Shown here in pieces: positions 1-8,405 of a stretch of 20,332 bases of DNA (positions within the stretch are counted from its first letter, which is position 1; each line of letters starts with the position of its first letter). Origin of the DNA: Fusobacteriota bacterium (lineage in GTDB: Bacteria > Fusobacteriota > Fusobacteriia > Fusobacteriales > JBNJFI01); the NCBI GenBank assembly GCA_051746725.1, contig JBNJFI010000033.1, positions 1 through 20,332 on the forward strand. Reading direction: 5' to 3'. The position numbers and the translations under genes were made by a program. The notes beneath the pieces are model-generated. The model was not told the DNA's origin. It saw only the letters and a list, made by a program, of their open reading frames with translations, and made no database searches.

Positions 1-60
1 TTCATCTACGAGTCAATATAAAATGAACTTAAATTTTAATAACTAAAATTAGAAGTAATA

Positions 61-122
61 TGTAGGGGGCCCTTGTGGATACCCAATAAAATCAGGGGAG
101 CCACAAACACATTCCCCCTACA
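61..122. repeat. Degenerate REP-doublet-like inverted repeat (GTAG feet outward)
   Basis: TGTAGGGGG (61-69) pairs with CCCCCTACA (114-122); inner TTGTGG (73-78) pairs with CCACAA (101-106), and CCC/GGG close an A-rich loop. GC-rich in an AT-rich intergenic region; the GTAG foot is typical of RAYT-associated REPs. Confidence 0.6.
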
Positions 123-229
123 AAAACATGATTATCAGCTAGTTGCAAAATTGTAATCCACTGATTTTATTTAATTTATTAGACCTGATAATTAAGGCTT
201 CCCTCCATTTTTATATACTGCTCACACCC

Positions 230-313
230 GGGCAAACGCCATTTGCCCTTACAGAAAAACTGATATTCTTATCCCTACGTAACCTGAAACGTAAGGGCGA
301 AGGGCCTTCGCCC
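230..313. repeat. Back-to-back pair of GTAA-footed REP-like hairpins in element copy 1
   Basis: Minus strand GTAA-GGGCAAAT-GGC-GTTTGCCC (252-230); plus strand GTAA-GGGCGAAG-GGC-CTTCGCCC (291-313); 38-bp spacer 253-290. Confidence 0.85.
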
Positions 314-333
314 GCATCACCCAAAACTAATTC

Positions 334-354
334 TGTTAATAAATCTGTGGAAAA
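334..354 (-). promoter_or_regulatory. DnaA-box-like site(s) in element copy 1
   Basis: TGTGGAAAA (346-354) = TTTTCCACA, matching TTWTNCACA; adjacent weaker TGTTAATAA (334-342) = TTATTAACA. Confidence 0.5.
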
Positions 355-532
355 CTTGATATCTTATCTTTTTAGTTTTGCAACTTCCTAAAACATAATT
401 ATATCTATTTTCTGTATTACAACACAGCCTGCTTACCCTGGATTTGACTCCCTATATCTTACTTTCAATTTTTAATTGTAAACTGCCTGAAAATTCAAAG
501 AGAAATAAATTAAAATCTAATAAGATAGGATT

Positions 533-1033
533 TTAGGCAACAATATCATATAATAACCCCTGAATATGCTCTACTTTTGAAATAACATTTAATGACTCTC
601 CTTGATTTTTTAAAAATTCCAATGTCATCTGTTCTAATTCTTCATCTATTTTAGTTACATTTACATATACTTTTTGTTCTTTTCCTAATCTTTCCACTCC
701 TTTAATATCTTCAACTTTATACATCTTTTGCAAAGCTTCTTTAAAGAAAGCATGTATATTTTTTTTATACTCTTCTAGTTTTTCCATGTTAGGATTTCTC
801 ATAAGTTGCCTTCCTAACTCATCTATTTCTTTTAAGGTAGCCTTAAGTTCTTTTTTTGTAAAACTCATTTCAACTTCATTCATTTTATCAACAAAGGGAC
901 TGTGATTTATATTTACATTTAACTTTTCTTGTTTTGGGATTCCTCTTTGATCTGCCTTTTTTGCCTTATTTCCCGTACTTGAACTTTGTTTTGTCCCCTT
1001 AAAACCTCCACCTTTACTTTTAGATATCTTCAT
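533..1033 (-). CDS. YaaR / DUF327 family protein
   Basis: 166 aa with helical C-terminal domain: IDELGRQL..NP....LEEYKKNIHAF, KIDEELEQM and IQGLLYD, resembling YaaR/DUF327. SD AAGGAAGG upstream of ATG. Confidence 0.75.
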   Translation of the reverse strand: MKISKSKGGGFKGTKQSSSTGNKAKKADQRGIPKQEKLNVNINHSPFVDKMNEVEMSFTKKELKATLKEIDELGRQLMRNPNMEKLEEYKKNIHAFFKEALQKMYKVEDIKGVERLGKEQKVYVNVTKIDEELEQMTLEFLKNQGESLNVISKVEHIQGLLYDIVA

Positions 1034-1086
1034 AAAACACCTTCCTTTTTAAAAATATATCTCACTTATCTAACTTTTTAAATATT

Positions 1087-1128
1087 AAAAAAATCCTAAC
1101 ACTAGATATCATCTTGTATTAGGACTTT
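1087..1128 (-). terminator. Rho-independent terminator after rpsR
   Basis: Minus strand GTCCTAATAC-A-AGAT-GAT-ATCT-A-GTGTTAGGAT followed by a T-tract, just downstream of the rpsR stop. Confidence 0.75.
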
Positions 1129-1145
1129 CTTATATTCAAATTTTT

Positions 1146-1367
1146 TTATTTGTTTGTATATGGCATCAATGCAATTTCTCTTGCTCTCTTTATAGCTCGA
1201 GTTACTTGTCTTTGATGTTTTGCACAATTTCCAGTTACTCTTGCTGGATATATCTTACCTTTATCAGATACAAATCTCTGTAAAGTTCTAATATCTTTAT
1301 AATTTATTTTTTGTTCTTTATTTTTACAAAAATCACATCTATTTCTTTTCTTTCTCTTATCTTCCAC
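1146..1367 (-). CDS. rpsR: 30S ribosomal protein S18 (zinc-binding C+ type)
   Basis: CDFC...[52 protein letters not shown] start with AGGAGG SD; rpsF-ssb-rpsR synteny. Confidence 0.98.
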   Translation of the reverse strand: MEDKRKKRNRCDFCKNKEQKINYKDIRTLQRFVSDKGKIYPARVTGNCAKHQRQVTRAIKRAREIALMPYTNK

Positions 1368-1382
1368 TTGTACACCTCCTAA

Positions 1383-1784
1383 TTAAAAAGGAAAGTCTTC
1401 ATCTTCTACTGAATCTTCTTTGATCTCATCAGAAGAATTTTTTGAACTTCCTGTATTATTCAGACCTTTTGAAGAACCTTTACTATCTAAAAATTCCAAT
1501 TGGTCTATATACACCTCTGTACTATATCTTTTTTGCCCATCTTTTTCATAAGAACTAACTCTTATATTTCCTTCAACTCCAGCTTGACTACCTTTTCTTA
1601 AATACTCCGCTGCTAATTCAGCAGTTTTTCTCCAGGCAACACATCTAATAAAGTCTGTTTCATCTCTATTATATTTTCTATTTACTGCTAAAGAAAAGTT
1701 AGCTACAGCAGTCCCAGATTGAGTATATCTTAATTCTGGATCTCTTGTTAAACGACCTGTCAGTACGACACGATTAATTCCCAC
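1383..1784 (-). CDS. ssb: Single-stranded DNA-binding protein
   Basis: INRVVLTGRLTRDPELRYTQSGTAVANFSLAVNR OB fold; acidic tail DEDFPF; GTG start. Confidence 0.98.
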   Translation of the reverse strand: MGINRVVLTGRLTRDPELRYTQSGTAVANFSLAVNRKYNRDETDFIRCVAWRKTAELAAEYLRKGSQAGVEGNIRVSSYEKDGQKRYSTEVYIDQLEFLDSKGSSKGLNNTGSSKNSSDEIKEDSVEDEDFPF

Positions 1785-1790
1785 TATTAT

Positions 1791-2075
1791 CTACCCCTTT
1801 AAAATAATATATTTTAATATTCGTTCTTCAATATTTAACGTCTGTTCTAATTTTTGTAAAGACTCACCTTGGGCTTCAAAAGTAACTAATACATAAAATC
1901 CATTTTCCTTCTTGTCAACTACATATGCCAATCTTCTATTCCCCATATCTTCTATTTCTACTTCACTTGCATCCATTTTATCTAAAGTAACATTTAATTT
2001 ATCTAAAATCTCTGCTCTTTCATCTTCAGTAGTATCAGGAGTTATAATTAGCATTAACTCATATGATCTTTCCAT
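1791..2075 (-). CDS. rpsF: 30S ribosomal protein S6
   Basis: RSYELMLIITPD...DMGNRRLAY...GFY; SD AGGAGG; synteny with ssb-rpsR. Confidence 0.97.
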   Translation of the reverse strand: MERSYELMLIITPDTTEDERAEILDKLNVTLDKMDASEVEIEDMGNRRLAYVVDKKENGFYVLVTFEAQGESLQKLEQTLNIEERILKYIILKG

Positions 2076-2080
2076 TCTTG

Positions 2081-2130
2081 CACCTCCTCCTTATGGTATT
2101 CACCCTTATCCCTCAATAAGAGCAAGGACT
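2081..2130 (-). ncRNA. Putative S6:S18 autoregulatory mRNA leader
   Basis: Leader GUCCUUGCUCUUAUUGAGGGAUAAGGGUGAAUACCAUAAGGAGGAGGUG. 5' UCCUU can pair with AAGGA at the SD, with an inner CUC/GAG stem and a CCA (CCR) motif before the SD, as in the known S6:S18 cis-regulator. Confidence 0.65.
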
Positions 2131-2133
2131 TTT

Positions 2134-2162
2134 ATTATATCATCTTTTGAACAAATTTTCAA
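2134..2162 (-). promoter_or_regulatory. Sigma70-type promoter of rpsF-ssb-rpsR
   Basis: TTGAAA (2162-2157), 17 bp, TATAAT (2139-2134) with TGn extended -10; the -35 directly follows the ftsZ stop codon. Confidence 0.8.
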
Positions 2163-3296
2163 TTATTTTTTTCGTCTTCTAATAAATGCTGGAATGTCTA
2201 AAGATCCATAATCATCATTTTCTTTAGGAGGTTTTGTAGATTTAGCATCTTTTTTGACTTCTACCTCTTCATTTTTATTTCCAGATTCTTTCTTGTTTTG
2301 TTTTGTTTTGATATTTTTTTCTAACTTTTCATCAAAATCTGATACATCGGCTTTAAAATTAGTTGCCACTATTGTTATTTTTATACTATCTTCCATATCT
2401 TCATCCATAACAGTACCAAAAATAACTTCTGTGGTATTATTCCCTGCTGCTTTTGTAATTACCTCTGCTATTTCATTGGCCTCAAGTAATCCTAAATCAC
2501 TGCCTCCAGTTATATTTAATAATATCTTTGTTGCACCTTTAATTTCTTTTTCCAATAATGGACTGGCTAAAGCTTCTTGAGTTGCAATATCTGCCTTATC
2601 TTCTCCTTCTGCATATCCAAATCCTAACATAGCTATTCCAGAATCTTTCATAATTGTTTTAACATCTGCAAAGTCTAAGTTAATAAACCCTTGTGTTGTA
2701 ATAAGGTCTGCAACTCCTTTTATCCCTATTTTTAATATATTATTTGCTTCTACAAAGGCATTTTTCAAGGTTATTTTCTTGTCTAATTCAAATAACTTAT
2801 TATTTGGAATAACTACTAAAGTATCCACAGTCTCTTTTAACCTTTTTATCCCCTCTTCTGCATTTTGCTTTCTTTTTGGTCCTTCAAAAGAAAAAGGCTT
2901 GGTAACAACAGCTACTGTTAATATTTCCATATCACGTGCAATTTCAGCTATCACTGGAGAAGCACCTGTTCCTGTTCCTCCACCCATTCCAGCTGTTATA
3001 AATAACATATCTGTTCCTTCAAGTAAAGCTCTTATCTTTTCTTTATCTTCCTCGGCTGCTTGTCTCCCTATATCTGGATTTGCACCTGCTCCAAGACCCT
3101 TTGTTAGTTTTTCCCCTAATTGCAACTTTTTATTAGCTTTTGACTTATTTAAATCTTGAGAATCTGTATTTGTTGCCACAAACTCTATGTTGGTTATTCC
3201 AGTTTTTATCATATCATCTAATGCATTTCCACCTGCTCCACCTACTCCTATAACTTTGATTTGAGCAAGTGTTTCATTTACCATTAATTCAGACAT
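2163..3296 (-). CDS. ftsZ: Cell division GTPase FtsZ
   Basis: IKVIGVGGAGGNA, tubulin signature GMGGGTGTGA, INLDFADV T7 loop, C-terminal LDIPAFIRR peptide. Confidence 0.99.
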   Translation of the reverse strand: MSELMVNETLAQIKVIGVGGAGGNALDDMIKTGITNIEFVATNTDSQDLNKSKANKKLQLGEKLTKGLGAGANPDIGRQAAEEDKEKIRALLEGTDMLFITAGMGGGTGTGASPVIAEIARDMEILTVAVVTKPFSFEGPKRKQNAEEGIKRLKETVDTLVVIPNNKLFELDKKITLKNAFVEANNILKIGIKGVADLITTQGFINLDFADVKTIMKDSGIAMLGFGYAEGEDKADIATQEALASPLLEKEIKGATKILLNITGGSDLGLLEANEIAEVITKAAGNNTTEVIFGTVMDEDMEDSIKITIVATNFKADVSDFDEKLEKNIKTKQNKKESGNKNEEVEVKKDAKSTKPPKENDDYGSLDIPAFIRRRKK

Positions 3297-3321
3297 TCTT
3301 TCCCTCCTTAAAATAAGTTAA

Positions 3322-4587
3322 TCAAAAAAGAATTTCAAACCATTCTTTCATTTGATTTCGAATAGTTTCATACCACTGTTTTTCTTCTTTGGTTCTTTCT
3401 TTTTTTTCACTAAAGCTTTCTTTTTTGGAATCTTTGCTATAATTTTCTACCCCATGTAAAAGTAATCCTATACCTGTTGAGTTTTCAGGTTTATTCATTT
3501 CATTTAATATTCCTGGATATCTCTTTGGCTTTCCTAGTCTCACAGGTATATCTTTAATAAAGTCTTCTGCCATATCCTTTAATCCCGCTATTTTAGAAGC
3601 TCCACCGGTGAATACTATCCCATTTGGAATCAAATGTTTATATCCGGATCCTTCTATCTTTTGTTGGACATGTTCTAAAATATCTTCTGTTCTAGAGTCA
3701 ATTATTTCTTTTAGATGAATCATCTTTACCTTTTTTGTCTCCCCTTCACTATAAGAAGGAATTTCTATAATATCGTCTAAATCAATTTCATCTCGATATA
3801 GACTAAATTCTTTTTTGAGTCTATCTGCTGTTTTAAGCTCTACATTTAACAAGGCTGCTATATCCTGAGTATAATGTTCGCCTCCAACTGGTAAAACACT
3901 TGTGTATATCAACTTATTATGTTTAAATATGGCAACATCAGTAGTTCCTCCACCAATATCGACTAAAGCTACTCCTAATTTTTTTTCACTATCATTTAAA
4001 ACGGCTTTTGCCGACGCCAATGGTTCTAATAATACATCTTCTGCTTCTATAGATATTTTATTAACACTCTTAACTAAAGCATCTATAGCATTTAAAACTC
4101 CTGTTACTATATGAGCATCTGCAGTTAACCTTTTCCCTTTCATTCCTATGGGATTTTTTACAATTCCAGAATCATCTATTCTATAATTATATAATATCTT
4201 ATGAATAACTTTTCTATCTATGGGAACAACTTTACTAATTGCTATTTCTCCTAGTCTTTCTTTATCAGCTTCGACTATTTCTCTTGGATGTTCTCCAAGG
4301 GATACTGCACTATTTGTTACCATAGATTCAATATGTTTTCCTGCAACTCCAATATATGCTTTTTGTATATCGAACCCTATGCTATACTCAGCTGCTCTAA
4401 CTGAAGCTTCTATATTTTTAGCTGCTTTTTCTACATCTACAATAACACCCTTATTTAATCCTTCTGATATACTAATTCCTTTTCCTATAACTTGAAATTC
4501 ATTACTTTCTGGAAATACTTCAGCTACAATGGTATGAATTTTAGTGGTTCCTATATCTATTGCAACTACTATTTCTTTATTGTTCAT
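3322..4587 (-). CDS. ftsA: Cell division protein FtsA
   Basis: IDIGTTKI, VDIGGGTTD and GIVFTGGAS actin-like ATPase motifs; C-terminal amphipathic MKEWFEILF; upstream of ftsZ. Confidence 0.98.
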   Translation of the reverse strand: MNNKEIVVAIDIGTTKIHTIVAEVFPESNEFQVIGKGISISEGLNKGVIVDVEKAAKNIEASVRAAEYSIGFDIQKAYIGVAGKHIESMVTNSAVSLGEHPREIVEADKERLGEIAISKVVPIDRKVIHKILYNYRIDDSGIVKNPIGMKGKRLTADAHIVTGVLNAIDALVKSVNKISIEAEDVLLEPLASAKAVLNDSEKKLGVALVDIGGGTTDVAIFKHNKLIYTSVLPVGGEHYTQDIAALLNVELKTADRLKKEFSLYRDEIDLDDIIEIPSYSEGETKKVKMIHLKEIIDSRTEDILEHVQQKIEGSGYKHLIPNGIVFTGGASKIAGLKDMAEDFIKDIPVRLGKPKRYPGILNEMNKPENSTGIGLLLHGVENYSKDSKKESFSEKKERTKEEKQWYETIRNQMKEWFEILF

Positions 4588-4607
4588 TCTCCCCCCCTTT
4601 TTTGTAA

Positions 4608-5276
4608 TTACTTTACAATGTAATCTTTAAATCTAATGTCTATATACTCTACTTTTTTGCCTTCACTTAAAAGTCTTTCATATAAGTTATAAGCTATATT
4701 ATACTTTGTTTCATTTGCATTTAGATTAGTTTTTATTAATAAATTATTTTTAAAAATTATTTTTATTATTTCATTTTTTATATATATATCTGAAATTTCT
4801 TGTTTTAAATTCTCATTTATTTTATGTAATATTTTTAATACCATATCCATTTGTTTTTTCTCATCAACATTTATAAATACCAAATCTTCTTCGGTTTCAT
4901 TTGCATAACTGAAGATTTTTCCCTCTTTGTCTATTACGTATATATTTTCATCCAAAATAACATATGCATAACTTTCTCTTTCTTGTATCTCAATTTTTAT
5001 TTTATTTGGAATTATTTTTTGTATATTAATATTTTTTATCCGAATATCTTCTTTAACATAATTTTCTATAATTTCAGTATCTATTTTCCAAATATTTTTT
5101 CCCTCTATTGAAATTAATTCCTTTTTTATTGAATTATCTAATATTTCATAGTTTCCAGTTATCTCAACTTTATCAATAATAAAATAATCCTCACCTGCGA
5201 ACCTTATAGTATATTCAACAGATACAAGCAATATTGAAAAAGTTATTAACCATTTTAGCCATGTTCTTATTAACAT
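4608..5276 (-). CDS. ftsQ: Cell division protein FtsQ/DivIB
   Basis: N-terminal TM, POTRA-like IDKVEITGN...GKNIWKID...KIIPNKIKIEIQER, C-terminal YIDIRF; lies between ddl and ftsA. Confidence 0.9.
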   Translation of the reverse strand: MLIRTWLKWLITFSILLVSVEYTIRFAGEDYFIIDKVEITGNYEILDNSIKKELISIEGKNIWKIDTEIIENYVKEDIRIKNINIQKIIPNKIKIEIQERESYAYVILDENIYVIDKEGKIFSYANETEEDLVFINVDEKKQMDMVLKILHKINENLKQEISDIYIKNEIIKIIFKNNLLIKTNLNANETKYNIAYNLYERLLSEGKKVEYIDIRFKDYIVK

Positions 5277-5301
5277 TTATCACTCCTTGATAGCAAGTTA
5301 C

Positions 5302-5330
5302 AATATATCATTTTTTTGCCTTTTTTGCAA
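5302..5330 (-). promoter_or_regulatory. Candidate internal sigma70 promoter for ftsQ-ftsA-ftsZ
   Basis: TTGCAA (5330-5325), 17 bp, TATATT (5307-5302) with TGn extension, overlapping the 3' end of ddl. Confidence 0.45.
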
Positions 5331-6186
5331 GTCCATCTATACTTCTTTTTACCAAATCATCAAAGCTGTAACCTTTTAATTCCGCTAATTTTGGTAATAA
5401 ACTAGTTTCTGTCATACCTGGTATAGTATTAACTTCTAAAAAATATAGTCTGTCTTTTTTCAATATATAATCAACACGAGCTAATCCTTGAAGATCAAGA
5501 TTATTATATATATATTTACTCTTTTCCATAGCTTCCGTATATTTGTTCTCTGATATCTTAGCTGGAACTTCATAAATAGTTTTTCCTTTTGTATATTTAG
5601 CTTCATAATCATAGATTCCACTTTTAGGTAAAATTTTTAAAACTCCTAGCGGATCGCCATCTATTAGACCTACTGTCAATTCTTCTCCCTTTATATACTC
5701 TTCTATTAGAATTTCCTTATCTCCGATATTTTTAATTGCGATTTTCGCTTCCTCTTTATTTTCACAAATATATAAATCAATACTAGAACCTCCTCTTGAA
5801 GCTTTTATTACAACTGGATATTTTTGTATATTTTCTATAAAATTATATGTTTTAGGAGCTAATATCTTTTTTGAATTTAAAATCTGCTTAGTAAAATTTT
5901 TATCCATACAAATTGCACTAGATAAATAACTACTTCCTGTATAAGGTTTTTTTAATATATCTAATATTGCTTGTATCCTACCATCTTCACCAAATTCGCC
6001 ATGTAACGCTATATAAGCTACATCAAAATCAGTATTTTGTAATGCAGTTATCATGTTTTTTTCTGTCAATTCTATTGCAAAAGCATCATACCCTAATCTT
6101 TTTAATGACTTTAAAATTGCATTTCCTGTTTTAAGAGAAATTTCTCTTTCACTTGATATTCCACCCATTAATACCGCTATTTTCAT
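5308..6186 (-). CDS. ddl: D-alanine--D-alanine ligase
   Basis: KIAVLMGGISSEREISLKTG, LHGEFGEDG, YDYEAKY, RVD, LEVNTIPGMT ATP-grasp motifs. Confidence 0.98.
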   Translation of the reverse strand: MKIAVLMGGISSEREISLKTGNAILKSLKRLGYDAFAIELTEKNMITALQNTDFDVAYIALHGEFGEDGRIQAILDILKKPYTGSSYLSSAICMDKNFTKQILNSKKILAPKTYNFIENIQKYPVVIKASRGGSSIDLYICENKEEAKIAIKNIGDKEILIEEYIKGEELTVGLIDGDPLGVLKILPKSGIYDYEAKYTKGKTIYEVPAKISENKYTEAMEKSKYIYNNLDLQGLARVDYILKKDRLYFLEVNTIPGMTETSLLPKLAELKGYSFDDLVKRSIDGLAKKAKK

Positions 6187-7035
6187 TTACTTTTCCTCCG
6201 AAATTCTTATAATTTCTTCTTCCAATTTTATTTTATCTTTTTTATATACTTCTTTTTTAATTAATTCTATTAATTCTAAAACATCTCTAGTGGTAGCTTG
6301 TCCAGTATTTATTATAAAATTAGAATGTTTTTTAGATATTCTAGCCCCTCCTATTTCAAATCCCTTTAAATCTAAATTTTCTATTAATCTAGCTGCATAG
6401 TCATTATTAGGGTTTTTAAATATTGAACCTATATTGGGATAATCTAGAGGCTGTTTTTTTAATCGATCTGTCATTATCTCGTTTAATTTAGATTCATCAA
6501 ACTTATTATTAAAATCAAAAAATATTCTAGTAATAAATATATCTCTAGTTTTAAATTCTGTATACCTATAACCAATTTTTATATTATTTTTGTCTAATAT
6601 CACTCTTTTTTGATTCTCATCTATTATTTCCACTTTTTTGATAAAATCAAATATTTCAATCCCATGGGCTCCACCATTCATATAAGCTAATCCACCAACA
6701 GTTGCTGGAATTCCTATCAAAGGTTCTAATCCCCCATAGTTATTCTTACGCATATATTGTATCAATTCACTTACAAGAGTTCCTGCTAATACTTCTATTA
6801 ATCCTTCGCCAGTTTTAGAAATTTTTTTTAAAAGCCTTGAACTTATAAATGTTTTATCTATATAATTATCACTAAATAAAATATTCGAGCAATTTCCTAT
6901 TATTTCACAGTATTTTTTAGAGTTTAAAATTTCTTTAACTTCTAAAATGGTTTCTGGGAATAATAATTCTTTAACTTTACCTCCTATTTTTATATTAGAA
7001 TATTTTTTCAAACTTACTTTTTTATAACTTTTCAT
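6187..7035 (-). CDS. murB: UDP-N-acetylmuramate dehydrogenase
   Basis: KIGG, GNCSNIL, GIPATVGG..YMNGGA, GYRY, KQP..YPNIGSIFKNP, SKKHSNFIIN. Confidence 0.97.
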   Translation of the reverse strand: MKSYKKVSLKKYSNIKIGGKVKELLFPETILEVKEILNSKKYCEIIGNCSNILFSDNYIDKTFISSRLLKKISKTGEGLIEVLAGTLVSELIQYMRKNNYGGLEPLIGIPATVGGLAYMNGGAHGIEIFDFIKKVEIIDENQKRVILDKNNIKIGYRYTEFKTRDIFITRIFFDFNNKFDESKLNEIMTDRLKKQPLDYPNIGSIFKNPNNDYAARLIENLDLKGFEIGGARISKKHSNFIINTGQATTRDVLELIELIKKEVYKKDKIKLEEEIIRISEEK

Positions 7036-7046
7036 TATTTCCCCTT

Positions 7047-8405
7047 TTACATATTTCCGTTTGATTTCATTTCTACAAACTCTCGAGAAATCTTATTTAT
7101 ATCTCCAGCTCCTAAAAACAAACAGTATTCACCGTTATTTAGATCTTTTAATTTTTCAAATAATTTTTTTTTGTCTCTTTCTATCTTTTTGGTTCCAGAA
7201 AAATTTATATTTTCATTTAACTTTTCAACTGTAACATCATAATAATTCTCTTCTCCTGCAGAATATATAGGCAATAATATCAGTTCATCTGCATATCTGA
7301 ATGCATTTTCATATTTTTTTAATAAAAAATTTGTTCTACTATATTTATGAGGTTGAAAAATAGCTATTAGTTTTTTAGCCCCATGTTCCTTGGCCATTTT
7401 TAATGTAGCCTTTACTTCAGTAGGATGATGTGCATAATCATCTATTATTGTAATCTCTTTATCATACATGACTTCAAATCTTCGTTTTGGCCCAATAAAT
7501 TTAAATAATTTTTCCTTTATCTCATCCAATGGAATTCCTAATTTATAGGCAATATATATAACTCCTAAACTATTTGAGAGGTTATGTTCTCCTAAAAATT
7601 TCAGAGAAAACTCACCCAATGACTCCCCTTCTAATATGACTTCATAGCTTATTTTCTTTTGTCCTTTTTTGATATTTTTCGCATAAATATCTGGAGTTTT
7701 TTCACTTCTTGTTTTTTCATTTATACTATAAGTTTTTATTTTATCCGGATGTTTCTTTGCAATATTATAGAGTTCTTTACAGTCTTTGTTTATTAAAACT
7801 TCTTTTCGGGTCTGCTCTATAAATTTGTTAAAAGAATTTTTTAAGTTTTCATAACTTCCATGAATCTCCATATGTTCTTCTTCTATATTTGTAATAATTG
7901 CATAAAAAGGATTTAAATACAAAAAAGAATTATCGCTTTCATCTGCTTCTGCTATAAAATATTTCCCTTCCCCTTTTTTGGAATTACTTCCCAATTCAGG
8001 AATTATACCTCCAACTACAACTGTAGGATCTACCTCTTCCAATATTACTGCTAGCATAGAACTAACCGAAGTTTTCCCATGGGTTCCAGATACTGCTATA
8101 CCTTTTTTTTCATTAAATAATTTTGCTAAAAATTCTCCTCGTTTTAAAATAGGTATACCATTTAACTTAGCATAAACATATTCTGGGTTATTTGGTTTTA
8201 TTGCACTAGAGTAAACCACTAAATCCATTCCTCTTAAATGTATATCGATATGTCTATTATATACTTTTATCCCCATTTCTTCTAGCTTTTTAGCTATTGG
8301 TTTTTTAGTTAAATCTGAACCATATACATCATAACCTTTTTTTCTAGCTATCTGAGCCAATGCACTCATTCCTATTCCGTTTATTCCTATAAAAAAGATT
8401 TTCAT
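7047..8405 (-). CDS. murC: UDP-N-acetylmuramate--L-alanine ligase
   Basis: FIGINGIGMSALA, SGTHGKTS P-loop, EADESD, DDYAHHPTE, FQPHKYSRT, GAGDI. Confidence 0.98.
   Translation of the reverse strand: MKIFFIGINGIGMSALAQIARKKGYDVYGSDLTKKPIAKKLEEMGIKVYNRHIDIHLRGMDLVVYSSAIKPNNPEYVYAKLNGIPILKRGEFLAKLFNEKKGIAVSGTHGKTSVSSMLAVILEEVDPTVVVGGIIPELGSNSKKGEGKYFIAEADESDNSFLYLNPFYAIITNIEEEHMEIHGSYENLKNSFNKFIEQTRKEVLINKDCKELYNIAKKHPDKIKTYSINEKTRSEKTPDIYAKNIKKGQKKISYEVILEGESLGEFSLKFLGEHNLSNSLGVIYIAYKLGIPLDEIKEKLFKFIGPKRRFEVMYDKEITIIDDYAHHPTEVKATLKMAKEHGAKKLIAIFQPHKYSRTNFLLKKYENAFRYADELILLPIYSAGEENYYDVTVEKLNENINFSGTKKIERDKKKLFEKLKDLNNGEYCLFLGAGDINKISREFVEMKSNGNM

Larger units (their letters stand above)
136..390. 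mobile_element. MITE-like non-autonomous element, copy 1 (255 bp), carrying a REP-like hairpin pair
   Basis: Left TIR CAGCTAGTTGCAAAA (136-150), right TIR TTTTGCAACTTCCTA (376-390), 12/15 complementary. Flanking 12-bp direct repeat AAACATGATTAT (124-135) / AAACATAATTAT (391-402), 1 mismatch. Homologous to 18922-19160. Confidence 0.85.

Noticed and set aside
230..313. Possible mini-CRISPR (repeat-spacer-repeat)
   Set aside because: The two units are inverted rather than direct, non-identical, and only two in number; no cas genes or leader.
334..354. Possible oriC from DnaA boxes
   Set aside because: Only 1-2 boxes per site, both sites inside copies of a dispersed repeat; no dnaA/dnaN context and no change in gene strand.
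143..391. 82-aa + strand ORF spanning element copy 1
   Set aside because: Starts at a TTG in the left TIR with no SD. The equivalent frame in copy 2 stops after 12 codons, and there are no transposase motifs.
475..489. ATTGTAAACTGCCTG resembling another right TIR
   Set aside because: Only about 9/15 match to the TIR, with no partner end or target duplication visible in the window; could be re-examined with upstream sequence.
5308..6186. Van-type D-Ala-D-Lac ligase
   Set aside because: The YDYEAKY omega loop and dcw position indicate ordinary Ddl; no van genes nearby.
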